A DNA stretch of 64,000 nucleotides, from contig CAVVJT010000010.1 in assembly GCA_963748625.1 (NCBI GenBank), positions 288,001-352,000 of the forward strand, read 5' to 3'. This stretch comes from an uncultured Chloroflexia bacterium (GTDB taxonomy: Bacteria; Chloroflexota; Limnocylindria; Limnocylindrales; CSP1-4). Positions 1 to 11,216 of this stretch are shown piece by piece. Every line of letters begins with the position of its first letter. The stretch's first letter is position 1. Position numbers and translations under genes: made by a program. The notes beneath the pieces were generated by a model. The model was not told where the DNA came from and ran no database searches. It was given only the letters and a program-made list of their open reading frames with translations.

Positions 1-427
1 CGGGCCGCTGGGCCAGGCCCACGTTCGTGAGCTGGACCCGGAAGTCCTCGTTCTCCCTGGCCCAGAACAGCGGGGCCGAGTGCTGGGCCTTGTTCTTGAG
101 GTTGAACTGGACGTCGTCCGCGAGTCCGCTCGCGTTCGCGAACCCGAAGATGTATGTCGAGAAGCCGTCGGGCGCGTAGGGGTCGGGGTGCGTCGTGACC
201 CCCAGGGAGCTCGAGAAGATCGACGGGGTGGGCGGCAGGGAGATCCAGCCGTCCGTGCCGACCAGCTTGAGGTTGGGCTCCTTGTCGGCGCCGCGGGCGC
301 GGCCCGGCTGGACGATGGTCCCGACCAGGCGTGGGCCGAACGACACGGCGGTGGCCGCGAGCGCGGTCAACCCTCCGTACTGGAGCAGCTGACGGCGGGT
401 CAGCATCAGTCGTCTCCGATCGGTCAT
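1..427 (-). CDS. Tat-exported protein, probable multicopper oxidase (5' part; runs off window edge)
   Basis: Not in the ORF track. Manual translation: MTDRRRLMLTRRQLLQYGGLTALAA...GTDGWISLP...YIFGF...KAQHSAPLFWARENEDFRVQLTNVGLAQRP. Twin-arginine TRRQLL, GGGAGA RBS. The last segment resembles the stretch preceding the first HxHG of cupredoxin domain 1; no copper ligands lie inside the window. Confidence 0.55.
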   Translation of the reverse strand, partial: MTDRRRLMLTRRQLLQYGGLTALAATAVSFGPRLVGTIVQPGRARGADKEPNLKLVGTDGWISLPPTPSIFSSSLGVTTHPDPYAPDGFSTYIFGFANASGLADDVQFNLKNKAQHSAPLFWARENEDFRVQLTNVGLAQRP

Positions 428-480
428 GGCAGGTTCTCCCTCGGCGACGGTGGGCGTGGGGGTCGGATCGGGATTGCGGG

Positions 481-3400
481 TCACGGCAGGGTCCCCCCGC
501 CGAAGTCGTCGAAGCGGGCGTCGCCGGGCGGGTTGCCGGTGCCGGCGATCCGGACGCCGACCTGGCCGCCGCCGGATGCGCCGGCCCAGGTGCCGGCAGG
601 GACGCTCACGCTGCCGACCTGGATGCCGTTGCGGAACACCGTGATCGTGCCGTCGGCGAGCGCCCTGGCCCCGAGCTGGTCGCCCGCGTAGAACACGGCC
701 GGGAATGAGGCCCGGTCGACGAGGACGCCGCCCGATGCCTTGGTCCTGACCTGCACGGCGCCGGCACCGCGGTTGTAGACGACCTCGATCAGCGACGCGG
801 TGGTCGCGGTCGTCCCGGTCCCGGTCCGCTTGAGGATCAGGCCCTGCTTGGTCGCGGCCGCAGGCCCGACCTGGGTGAAGGTGAGGTACGCCTCCTGGTT
901 GGCCCCGAACGCCGTCGCATTGCGATAGACGTCGCCGCCGAGGCGGACCTGGACCGCGCTGCCGTCGATCCGGAAGTTGTTCTGGTTGGTGGAACCGGTC
1001 CACGGGTTGCCGAGGGCCCCGTTGGCCCGGTTGAAGGCGTCGAGGAGGCCGGCCTGCGGGAAGGCGAGCGGGGCCGGCACAGCGGCCGGGGCCGGGACTC
1101 CGGCCCGCTCGTCCGCACCGATGTCGATGGCCCCGCCGTTCGGGCGGCCGTCGTTGTCGATGTCCCACGCAGGGGCGATGACGCCGGACTTTGAGGCCGC
1201 GCCTGCGTCAACCGCCGGTGACGTGGCGGGGACGTGGTAGTCCCCGAGCGTCCCTGCGGGTGCGTCGACCGCGACCAGGAGGGCCCCGACGAAGTTGGGA
1301 TTGGTCCGCCACGGGGAGAACGAGACCGACAGGTCGAACTCGCTCGCCACGGACGGGTCGGCGTCGACGACGTTCGTCGGGCTGGCGATCACGCCCGCGT
1401 GGCCCTGGGACTGCAGGATCGAGTTGGTCGGGCTCAGGAGCCCGGCGCCATCGGAGACGCCGAGGTCCCAGGTGTCGATCGGCGTCGCGTCGCCGGGGAG
1501 GCCGATGCCGACGACCGTCCCACCGGAGCGGGTGCCGGCCCGGTTGTCCCAGAAGACGTTGTTGAACAGGAGCGGCTCGCTGAAGGTCGGCGAACCACCC
1601 GGCAGCGTCGCCTGGAGCAGGTCGCTGTTGGCGCCCGTGGAGAGGCCGGCGGGCGCCGCCTCACCCGTGCTCGTCGCGGCGGTGGCCGTGGTGATGTTGT
1701 TCATGACCGTGTTGTTGATGACCCGGACAGCCGGGGCGTCGTCGATGGCGATGCCGCCGCCTTCGTGGGTCGACACGTTGTTCACGATCATGTTGTTGAC
1801 GACGTTCATCGGGTAGTTGCCGGCCATCAGGAACCGGATCCCGCCGCCGTCATCGTTGGCGATGTTGGCCTGGACCAGGTTCTCGCGGATGTCCACGGGC
1901 CCGGTTCCCGGCGAGAGGATCAGCGGGTCGGCCGGGAGCTCGCCGGCGATCATGATCCCCGCGCCCTCGTCGTAGGAGCTGTTGAACCAGATCCGGTTGT
2001 GGTCGATTGAGCCGTTCGGGCTGTACCCGTAGACGGACACGCCGCCGCCGTACTCGGCCGAGGAGTTGCCGCAGATGTCGTTGCCGGAGACGGTGTAGCC
2101 ATCGCTGCCGGCGAAGAGCCCGATCCCGCCGGCGAGGTTCGTCCCGCCGTTGGTGACCACGCGGTTGTTGGCGATCCGGACGTGGTCGTTGTGCTGGCTC
2201 GTGTCGGGCTCGGGCAGGTTCGGCGTGCCGATCCGGATGCCGCCCGCGTAGGAGCCGCTGTTGCTCTCGATCACGTTGTTCGTGATCTGCAGGTAGCGGG
2301 CGTAGGCATTGACGAAGACGCCGCCACCCTGGGTGATCGCGTTGGCCGGAAGCCCGGTCGGGCCGCCGCCGATCTGGTTGATGTTCGTGGGGAAGTTGGA
2401 CTGGTCGCCGCCGCGGACGTCGAAGCCGTCGATGCCGGCCCGGAACGCGGAGCCGTACTGGCTCGTCGTCGCCGCGAAGACAGAGACGACAGGACCCTCG
2501 TAGACCGTCTGGTTGCCGACGCGGGTGAGCGCGTCGATGGCGGTCCGCCAGTTGTCGGCCAGGGCGGTGTCGCCACCGAAGGCCGAGCCGTCGATGACGG
2601 AGCCCTGGACGGACCCGTCCGCGCTGCCCGGGCCCACGCCCTGCAGCTTGACCGGCGAGTGGACGATCAAGTTCTCGTAGTACGCGCCGCGCGGGTTGAG
2701 CCGCGGGTTGGACGGCGTGGCGAGGCCCGGGTAGACCACGATGAGGTCGTCACCTGGGCTCGCAGCCGCGGCGTCGAGCGCATCCTGGACCGGATGCGGC
2801 GGGTTGCCCTCGTCGTACTGGACGGCCGGGAACTGGTTCGGACCGCTGAGGCCGGGGCCGACCTCGTACAGGTTCGGCTCGTATCGGCTGTTCCCGATCG
2901 TGCCGCCGCCGAAGTTGTCGAAGCGGGCATCGTTGGCCGCCGTGGTGCCGGCGAAGCGGACCGCGATCCGGCCGCCACCGGTCACGAAGGCGGTCGCACC
3001 AGTCGTCGGGATGGCGACCGGGGCGCCGATCTGGGCGCCGTTCTTGAACACGCGGACGGTGCCGTCCGCGAACGCCCGTGCGCCGAGCTGGTCACCCGCC
3101 GCGAAAGTCGCCGCGATCGCGGGCCCACGGTTCGTGATCGTGCTCGAGCCGGCGTTCTTCGTCTTGACCTGGACGGCGTTGCTGGTGCCGTTGAACACGA
3201 CGCTGATCCAGGAGGACGCGTTCGCGTTGGGGCTCGCCGAGCTGCCGGTGAACTTGAGGAGCACACCCTGCTCGGCGGCTGTGGCGGTCTTGGTGAAGGT
3301 GAAGTAGGCCTCCTGGTTGGGACCGAAGCCCGTGCCCGGCAGCCAGGTCGCGTTGCCCTGGCTCGACGTCGAGTTCGTCAGCGCCTGGGCCTGGTTCGTG

Positions 3401-6400
3401 AAGCCGACGAGACTGGTCGGTGTGACCCGGAACCGGCTCGTGGTGTTGCCGTCGGCGCCCCAGCTCGCGCCGAGACCCTGCGCGGTGCTCGCAGTGCTGC
3501 GGTTGAAGTCGTCAAGCACGGCGGTGGCCGGGAACACGTCCTGACCGAGCACGTGGAAGGTGATCCCGTTCACGGTGCGGGCGCCCGACGTGGAGGTGAT
3601 GGCGAGCTGGTGCGGCCCGACCGGGGTGGTGGCCGGGACTGTGACGTCGATGTGGCTGGCACTCCACGACGTCGTCGGCAGGGCGACCCCGTCAAGCGCC
3701 ACGGTGCCGGCGGCCGCGCCGAAGCCCTGGCCGTCGATGCTGAACGACTTGGTGCCGGCCGTCCGCATGTCGACGTACGGCCTGGAGACTGCGTACAGCT
3801 CGGGCGCGGTCGGTGCCGCCGGGTCGTTCACGCGGCAGACGAGCGGCCCGTTGAACTGGGCGCCCGGCAGCTGCGCGTTGACGCCCAGCTGGGTCGGGGC
3901 CGTGTCGGCGGGCACGATGAGGCCGGCGAAGACCTCGAACTCGGCCGCGATCGTCCGGTATTGCGGGTTGTAGTTCAGGTTCAGCCGGCCCGGGACGCCC
4001 GGGTCGTTGCCGACCATCCGATAGAGGTTGGCGCAGACGCCCGATGGCGTCGGGCAGTTGATCCGGTTCGTGGACGGCAGGAGGACGTCCGCGAGGCCGT
4101 TGTAGTCGGTCTCGACGGTCGTCACGAGCCGGTTGGCCCAGTCGTAGACGCCCACCGGGTTGAAGGCCATGCCGGCCTTCTCGCCGTAGAGGATCGACTT
4201 CGGGTCGGTGGAGAAGTTGAGGTCGTCGACGTTGTAGAAGAAGAATCGGCCCGGGAGCGGCACGTCGGTGAAGACGTTGAACATCGGCACGATCGACTTG
4301 CCGTTCTGCAGGTCGACGAGCTTCGTGTCGCACAGCGGGCGTGCCGTGCCCTCGTAGGGCGAGGCACCGATGTCGACGAAGGTCGGGTTGGCGGTGGTCT
4401 CCGAAGCAGGGGCGCTGATCGGCGCGCCTCCGTTGCCCGACGGATCGTCCAGGCTCACGGGGCCGTAGCCGTCGGTGCCGAAGTCGGCCACGTCGACCTG
4501 GTGGAGGGGGCCCGCGCAGGCGGGCGGCGGAACCTGCGGCACGAACGTGTCGCCGTTCCCGATGTTGATGTCCTCCTCGCGGGTGACCTTGTAGACCGGG
4601 TCGCCGTTCTCGTCGGTCTTGCTGGCGAGGTCGAGGTGGACGAGGTAGCCGTCCGCCGGGAGGGCATCGAACGCGACCTCGCCCACGGCGTACACGTCGC
4701 CGACCGCGAAGGTGTTGGCCGTGCCACCGGTCAGGGCAGCCACGAGCGTGATCCGCGTCTCGGAGTTGACCGTGGCGACCGTGCCCGTGGAGCCGTCGGT
4801 CGCGTTGACGACGGGATCCCCGGCAACCACGCCATCCGTGATGAACGTCGCGGTGGCGTCGTTCATGACGGTCGCCGACGGCGTGGCCGTCGCCGCATGG
4901 ACCACGTAGGCGTCGCCGGCCTTGAAGATGTTCGGGTCGAAGTCCGTGCCGCCGGCAAGCGGCGCGACGAGGGTGATCGTCTGGCCGGTGCGGCTCGCGA
5001 CGATGCCGCTCGAGCCGTCGGTGGTGTTGAGCACGATGTCGCCCGCGGCCACGCCGTTCGCGATGAACGTCGCGGTCGGGTCGGTCAGGACGGTGGCGGA
5101 GTCGGGGGCGATGACCTGGTAGGCGTCGCCGGCCGCGAACACGTTCGGGGTGACAGCGTCCGTATTGCCCGTGAGCGGCGCGACGAGGGTGATCGTCTGG
5201 CCGGTGCGGCTCGCGACGATGCCGCTCGAGCCGTCGGTGGTGTTGAGCACGATGTCGCCCGCGGCCACGCCGTTCGCGATGAACGTCGCGGTCGGGTCGG
5301 TCAGGACGGTGGCGGAGTCGGGGGCGATGACCTGGTAGGCGTCGCCGGCCGCGAACACGTTCGGGGTGACAGCGTCCGTATTGCCCGTGAGCGGCGCGAC
5401 GAGGGTGATCGTCTGGCCGGTGCGGCTCGCGACGATGCCGCTCGAGCCGTCGGTGGTGTTGAGCACGATGTCGCCCGCGGCCACGCCGTTCGCGATGAAC
5501 GTCGCGGTCGGGTCGGTCAGGACGGTGGCGGAGTCGGGGGCGATGACCTGGTAGGCGTCGCCGGCCGCGAACACGTTCGGGGTGACAGCGTCCGTATTGC
5601 CCGTGAGCGGCGCGACGAGGGTGATCGTCTGGCCGGTGCGGCTCGCGACGATGCCGCGTCGAGCCGTCGGTGGTGTTGAGCACGATGTCGCCCGCGGCCA
5701 CGCCGTTCGCGATGAACGTCGCGGTCGGGTCGGTCAGGACGGTGGCGGAGTCGGGGGCGATGACCTGGTAGGCGTCGCCGGCCGCGAACACGTTCGGGGT
5801 GACAGCGTCCGTATTGCCCGTGAGCGGCGCGACGAGGGTGATCGTCTGGCCGGTGCGGCTCGCGACGATGCCGCTCGAGCCGTCGGTGGTGTTGAGCACG
5901 ATGTCGCCCGCGGCCACGCCGTTCGCGATGAACGTCGCGGTCGGGTCGGTCAGGACGGTGGCCGAGTCGGGTCCCGACGCGGTGCCGCTCGCGCGGACGA
6001 TCGGGGCCAGCGTGCCGCTCGCGCGGACGATCGGGGCCAGCGTGCCGCTCGCGCGGACGATCGGGGCCAGCGTGCCGCTCGCGCGGACGATCGGGGCCAG
6101 CGTGCCGCTCGCGCGGACGATCGTGGAGATCGTGCCACCGGCGCGGAACGCGCCCGTGACGGAGCCGCCGGAGACCGCGCAGATCGGGGCGGACGGGTCG
6201 GTCGCGACGAGCTCGCCGTTGAAGCAGCCGTCGCCGAAGCCGTAGTTGCCGTCCACCGCGGCGCCGAAGTTCGCGTCAGGGGTTCCCTGGTCCGAGGCGT
6301 AGGTACCGAACTGGACGCCCATCAGGGGGCCTTCGAGGCAGCCCTTGTTGGCGCCCACCGGCAGGACCTGCTGGTCGGTCGGGTAGACGAGCGCGTTGCC

Positions 6401-8623
6401 GTCCACGTCTCGGGCGAGGCAGTCGTTCCCGGACGGACCGGAGGTCGGGCGCTCCCAGGTCTCGGAGACGTAGGTGTTGAGGAGCGGTCCCTGGGCATAT
6501 GAGCCGTCAGGAGCGAGCTCGTAGTCACCGCGCGCATCGCACGGGGTGCCGGCATGCGTACCGCAGGGCACCGTGCCATGGAGCTCCACGGTCAGGCCGG
6601 AGACGCCCGGCTGCCAGTCCTCGGCGGCCGCGTACTGCGGGTCGAGCTCGTTCCGGGTGACGTCGTAGCTGACCGAGCCGACAATGCCGCCGTTCTGCGG
6701 GTCGACGCCGTTCGTGCCGTTGGCGTCGTAGTTGTGGACGCCCCAGTCGATCCGGCCGGCGAGGCCGATGATCGGCAGGACGCTGACGTCCACGCCGGCG
6801 CCGAGGATCGTGGTGGGCGTCGGCTGGTTGTCGGCCTGGTACGTGACGCCGGTCGTGTAGAAGCTGTCGTTGTAGGCTTCGAGGATGACCCACTCCGTCA
6901 GCGGGTAGGCGTTCTCGAAGACGTAGTAGCCCTTCGAGTCGGTGCTCACCGCGGTGGAGCCGCGGTCCATCAGCGAGTTCTCGCGCTTGCGGAGCGTGAG
7001 GCCGAAGTTCGGCACGCCCGCCTCGCCGGCGTCCTTCTTCCCGTTGCGGTTCGTGTCGTTGAAGACGTAGCCGTCGATCTTGGTGAACCATCCGGTCAGC
7101 GGCAGGATGCCGAGGTCCTGGTTCTCGCCGGCGGCGACCGTCACCTGGACCAGGTCCAGGATGTAGTTCTGGTTCTCGTCCCAGTAGGTGAGCGTGTAGC
7201 TGCCCACCGGCACGCCGGTGATCGTGAACGCACCCGTCGTCGAGTCCGCCCGGACGAGCTTGACGGCCTGGTCCTGGTTGCCGAGATCCGAGAGCGAGAT
7301 CCAGGCATCCTTGATCGGCGCGTCGATCTTGGCGCCGCACAGGCCGCCCCAGATCGTGCCGGGGAGGCAGGTGCCCCCCTTGGCCGGGACATAGACCTTG
7401 GCAGCCGCGACAACGCCCGTGATCGTCCCCGTCTGGACGCCGGGGCCTGTGGCGAAGGAGTGTGCCGGGAGCTGCCAGTACGTGGGGTACGTGGCGGTTG
7501 CCTGGTACTTGCTGGTGAGGCCCGGGACGTAGCCGAAGATCGTGAACGGGAACGGCTCGCCGGCGACCACGAACTCCGTGTCGTAACCGGTCGCGCCCTC
7601 CATCAGCCAGGTGTCCCAGTCGTGGTTGCCCTCGAGGGTGGTCGTCTGGACCCAGCTCTCGCCCGACGGGGGGACCGCGGTCATCGCGTAGCGGTTCGGC
7701 CCGAGGTTCGGGATCTGCAGGAGGCCCCGGGCGATCGCCGGGTCCGCGGATGCCTGCCAGAGGTTGTAGTCGTCACCTCCGACAGCGCCCTCGACGACGC
7801 CATCCATGTCCGCGTCGCCGCTGAGGCATTTGCCGCCCTGGCGCAGGACGACGGGCCCGCCGTCAACCCACTCGTACCCGTTGGGGCCCGTGCCGGACTT
7901 GTACGTCGTGCACAGCGGATTGCCGAAGACGTCCGTGTTGACCTGGCCGAGGTAGTCGGCAAGCCTGCCGGTGAAGCCGGGGATGCCGTCCTCGCCCGGG
8001 TCGTACTGGCCGTTCGCCGACGTCACGTCGGCGAAGACCTCCGCGGTCGCCGTTGCCGTGGGCAGCGGCAGGGGCTGGAGCGGGACCTCGATCATGCCGG
8101 GGTCAGCCGGGACACTGAACGGCGTGCCGTCCAGCTTGTACCCGTCGGCGAGCACGGAGATGAGGTAGCGGCCGTTCGGCAGGGTGATCCCGGTGTTGCC
8201 GTCCAGGGTTGACTGGTCGCCCTGGGCCACCACCGGCGCGGAGCTCCGCAGCCCCGCGATCGACGTCCAGCCGCAGGAATTGGGATAGCCCGCATCCGCG
8301 GGCGAGCAGCCGGACCCCGGGTTGGGGTTGCGCTGCGACGTCGTCCCGGTGTTGTCCTCGTTGATCATCCACCGGTACGTGGTGACCGCATCGCCTGCGG
8401 TCACCGGGCCGATGTCGGCGTCCGGCTCGGTCCGGGCGGCGTAGACGTGCACCTTGACCGTCGACGTCGGGGCCGACGCGGGCGCCGCCTGCGGTGTCGC
8501 GGGACGCGGCGCGGCGAGGGCCGCGGGCGCGGTGACCTGCGTCGCGATGAGCGCAAGCGTTGCCAGGAGGCTCCCCAGCCTGCCGGCACTTCTGCGCGCG
8601 GTACCGTTCCTCGGACGTGCCAT
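481..8623 (-). CDS. Giant secreted multidomain protein (~2,713 aa after removing a 1-bp insertion at ~5658): SdrD-B/Cna-like, nested repeats, IPT/TIG, two lectin-like domains, right-handed beta-helix
   Basis: Joins ORFs 3692..9382 and 481..5574. AAGGAG RBS before ATG 8623; signal-like N-terminus. GYVFNDTNRNGKKDAGEAGV (SdrD-B-like); IDGQGFG...SWSASHIDVTVP (IPT/TIG); NN...N...GGGI repeats; DYHVPATSPAVDAG...DIDNDGRP...DIGADE. One repeat copy reads atgccgcgtcgag versus atgccgctcgag in the others. Confidence 0.85.
4684..5971 (-). repeat. 216-bp (72-aa) coding tandem repeat: 5 near-identical copies plus 1 diverged
   Basis: Unit PDSATVLTDPTATFIANGVAAGDIVLNTTDGSSGIVASRTGQTITLVAPLTGNTDAVTPNVFAAGDAYQVIA starts at 5971, 5755, 5538, 5322, 5106; diverged copy 4881-4684. 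Confidence 0.95.
5972..6151 (-). repeat. 30-bp (10-aa) coding tandem repeat: IVRASGTLAP x4, IVRASGTASG, plus diverged AFRAGGTIST
   Basis: cgtgccgctcgcgcggacgatcggggccag repeats directly across 5982-6123. Confidence 0.95.
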
Positions 8624-8691
8624 CGCCTGGTGCTCCTTGCTGCGGGTGGGACGCGGGATGCGGGCGGCGTTCGGGGGGCGGGTGCCGCCGC

Positions 8692-9292
8692 TCACGCGTC
8701 GGTCCCGTCGGTGGCGGCATCCGGGGCGGACGCCGTGGGGATTGGCGCGACGGCTCTCGCGCGCCGGGTGTCCCGCCACGGGACTCCCACGAGCAGGGCG
8801 ATCGGCGTGATCACGAGCAGCGCGGCCTGGAGCGCCGCCAGCCCGTCGCCGAGGAGGTCGGCCAGGAGGTCGACATCGGCCTCCTCCTCCGCCCCGAACA
8901 GGAACCCGTGAAGCTCGTTCCCGGGCATGCTGAGGAGCGCGAAGAGCGCCGCCGCCAGCCCGGCCCAGGCGAGTGCGGTCAGGGGCGAGATCGTGCGGGG
9001 CTCCTGGCTCCATGCGCGGCTGACAAGCAACGCGGCCAGCATCACGGCGATCGCGGCGGCCGGGCACGGCGAGACCCGTGTCGCGCAGCCAGTGGAGGAT
9101 GGGCGGCGGCTCGTTGCGCTCGTGGAGGCCGGCGTGGACGAGCTGGAGCGCGGCGATCGGGATCCCGGCCAGCAGCCACGAGTAGGCGACGACGCGACCC
9201 GGCAGAAGGCGGACGCCGGGTCCCGCCTCGACCCCTGGGCGACGTTCGACCCGCATGCGCGTAGGCCGGTGGGCAGCGACCGCTCGACTCAT
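8692..9292 (-). CDS. His-containing integral membrane protein (frameshift at ~9062)
   Basis: AAGGAG RBS before ATG 9292. N-part ...QLVHAGLHERNEPPPILHWLRD... joins ORF 8692..9045 (...GNELHGFLFG...). About 4 hydrophobic segments. Confidence 0.6.
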
Positions 9293-9523
9293 GCATCCGC
9301 TCCTTCCCGAACACTCCGGGCCCGCGTGCGACCTCGCACGCAGATCTGCGGCCATGCCCGGTCCGGGCCTGACCTGATGCACGGATGCTGCGTCTGAGCG
9401 TCGGCGGCGCCCATCGGGCCGGGTCCGTGTTGGGGCACGGTCGCAACCGGGTTTCGGATGGGGGGGGAACCCTGACGGGCATCAGGTGGACACCCGATCC
9501 CGGCCACGCTGGGCCGGGCGGAC

Positions 9524-10195
9524 CTACATGTCGGCGGGGATCAGGCCGACGCGGATCGCGTAGCGGACGAGCCCGGCGACATCGCGGATGTTCAGGCGGT
9601 CCATGAGCTGGGCCCGGTGGGTCTCCACGGTCTTGATGCTCAGGTTCAGCCGGCTGGCCATCTGCAGGTTGGTGTGGCCTTCGGCGATCAGCTGGAGGAT
9701 CTCCCGCTGGCGCGAGGTCAACCCGTCCGCGACATCATCGTCGGATGCCGAGCGGCGCACGTAGTCCGAGACGACGTGGCGGGAGACCATCGGGCTGAGG
9801 TAGGAGCCGCCCTGGGCCACCGCGCGAACCGCAAGCTCAAGCTCTGCGGGGCTGGAGTCCTTGAGCAGATACGCGGCTGCGCCGGCGCGCAGCGCCTGGC
9901 GCACGTACTCCTCGTTGCGGTGCATCGTGAGAACCACGATCCGAACGCCCGGGTGGTCGCGGCGGGCTTCGGCGATCGCCTGGATGCCGCCAAGGCCCGG
10001 CATCGTCAGGTCCATGACGGCCACGTCCGGCTGGTGGGTGGCGATGCACGCGAGGGCCTCAAGCCCGTCCTCAGCCTCTGCGATGACCGTCACACCGGGG
10101 AACCCGTCGAGCAGGCTGCGGAACCCGGCCCGGACCAGGGCATGGTCCTCGGCGAGGACGACACGGATGGCGGACGGCGGCCCGTTCACCGCCAT
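9524..10195 (-). CDS. NarL/FixJ-family response regulator (REC + LuxR HTH)
   Basis: IRVVLAEDH...PDVAVMDLTMPG...YLLK; LTSRQREILQLIAEG...SIKTVETHR. Overlaps the kinase stop. Confidence 0.95.
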   Translation of the reverse strand: MAVNGPPSAIRVVLAEDHALVRAGFRSLLDGFPGVTVIAEAEDGLEALACIATHQPDVAVMDLTMPGLGGIQAIAEARRDHPGVRIVVLTMHRNEEYVRQALRAGAAAYLLKDSSPAELELAVRAVAQGGSYLSPMVSRHVVSDYVRRSASDDDVADGLTSRQREILQLIAEGHTNLQMASRLNLSIKTVETHRAQLMDRLNIRDVAGLVRYAIRVGLIPADM

Positions 10196-11031
10196 ACGCC
10201 ACCGGCGCCTGCGGGGAGGTGCGCCAGCACGGTGGTGCCGCGGCCCTGGGCCGAGGTCACCGCGATCGTGCCGCCGACGAACGAGGCCCGTTCGTGCATG
10301 CCCCGGATGCCGAGGCAGCGATCGCCGCTGCAGACGGACGGGTCGAATCCCGCGCCGTCGTCGACGACCTCCAGGACGAGCATCCGCGGCCGTCTTCGCG
10401 CGACGACTCGCACCGTGATGTGCCGTGCGCCTGCGTGGCGGATCGCGTTGGTGAGAGCTTCCTGCACGATCCGGAAGCACGTGGTCTCCACGTCCGGCGG
10501 AAGCCGCCACCTGCCCACGTCGGTCCGGCAGGAGATCCTGACACCCGAACGTCGCGCACTCGAGCGACACAGGGTCCTGAGCGCCGCGGGGAGGCCGAGA
10601 TCGTCCAGCACGCCAGGCCGCAGGTCGAACGCAACCGTCCGGACCTGGTTCAGCGCCGCGTCGACCACGGCAATGCTGCTCCAGATGCGGGCAGCGCGCT
10701 CCACGTCGGGCGCGGCTGCGGCACCGAGGGCGAGGAGGCTCAGGCGGACAGCCGTCAGCGCCTGGCCGACCACATCGTGGAGCTCCCGCGCGATATGCGC
10801 GCGCTCCTGCTCCACCGCGGCAACCAGGCGGGCGCGCACCAGGTGCTCGACCTCCGCGGGCATGTGGTCAAGGACGACCGGCATGCGTGCCGTGGCGGTT
10901 CGTGCCGTGGCGGTGCGTGCATCGCGACCGATCCCCGAAAGGTCGGTGCAGATGGGCTGCAGCCATGCCTGCTGTTCGAGGCCATGCACCTCTGCGACCA
11001 CGAAGAATCCCTCCCCTGTTGCAGGGTTCAT
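10186..11031 (-). CDS. HisKA_3 sensor histidine kinase, apparently soluble (start uncertain)
   Basis: ERAHIARELHDVVGQ H-box, QEALTNAIRHA N-box, DDGAGF, LGIRGMHERA. No TM or recognisable sensor domain. Confidence 0.85.
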   Translation of the reverse strand: MNPATGEGFFVVAEVHGLEQQAWLQPICTDLSGIGRDARTATARTATARMPVVLDHMPAEVEHLVRARLVAAVEQERAHIARELHDVVGQALTAVRLSLLALGAAAAPDVERAARIWSSIAVVDAALNQVRTVAFDLRPGVLDDLGLPAALRTLCRSSARRSGVRISCRTDVGRWRLPPDVETTCFRIVQEALTNAIRHAGARHITVRVVARRRPRMLVLEVVDDGAGFDPSVCSGDRCLGIRGMHERASFVGGTIAVTSAQGRGTTVLAHLPAGAGGVWR

Positions 11032-11216
11032 GCCATACGGACCGTGATGTCGAGCCGTTTGGCCCCTTGCGATAAGTGCACGATGGATGTCCAGAACTGT
11101 GCAGCGGGCTGGACACGGGTTATATAGTCGCCATTGACCATCCGGGTGGTCCGTCGCTGGCATCGGCTACACACCCTTGCCCGACCGGCCCCCCGCATGG
11201 ACAGGGGGACATCTCG

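Noticed and set aside
5650-5665. Programmed frameshift or phase variation in the giant gene (also glgC, aspC, QmoC-like)
   Set aside because: Single extra base in one repeat copy with no slippery tract; similar indels throughout point to sequencing error.
2182-5679. Long opposite-strand ORFs (e.g. 2182..5679, 23331..25388, 59542..61635, 61662..63977)
   Set aside because: Antisense shadows of real GC-rich genes; no recognisable motifs.
4684-5971. Near-identical repeats as DGR template/variable regions
   Set aside because: No adenine-specific differences and no reverse transcriptase in the window.
5972-6151. 30-bp repeats as a CRISPR array
   Set aside because: No unique spacers, in-frame coding repeat, no cas genes.
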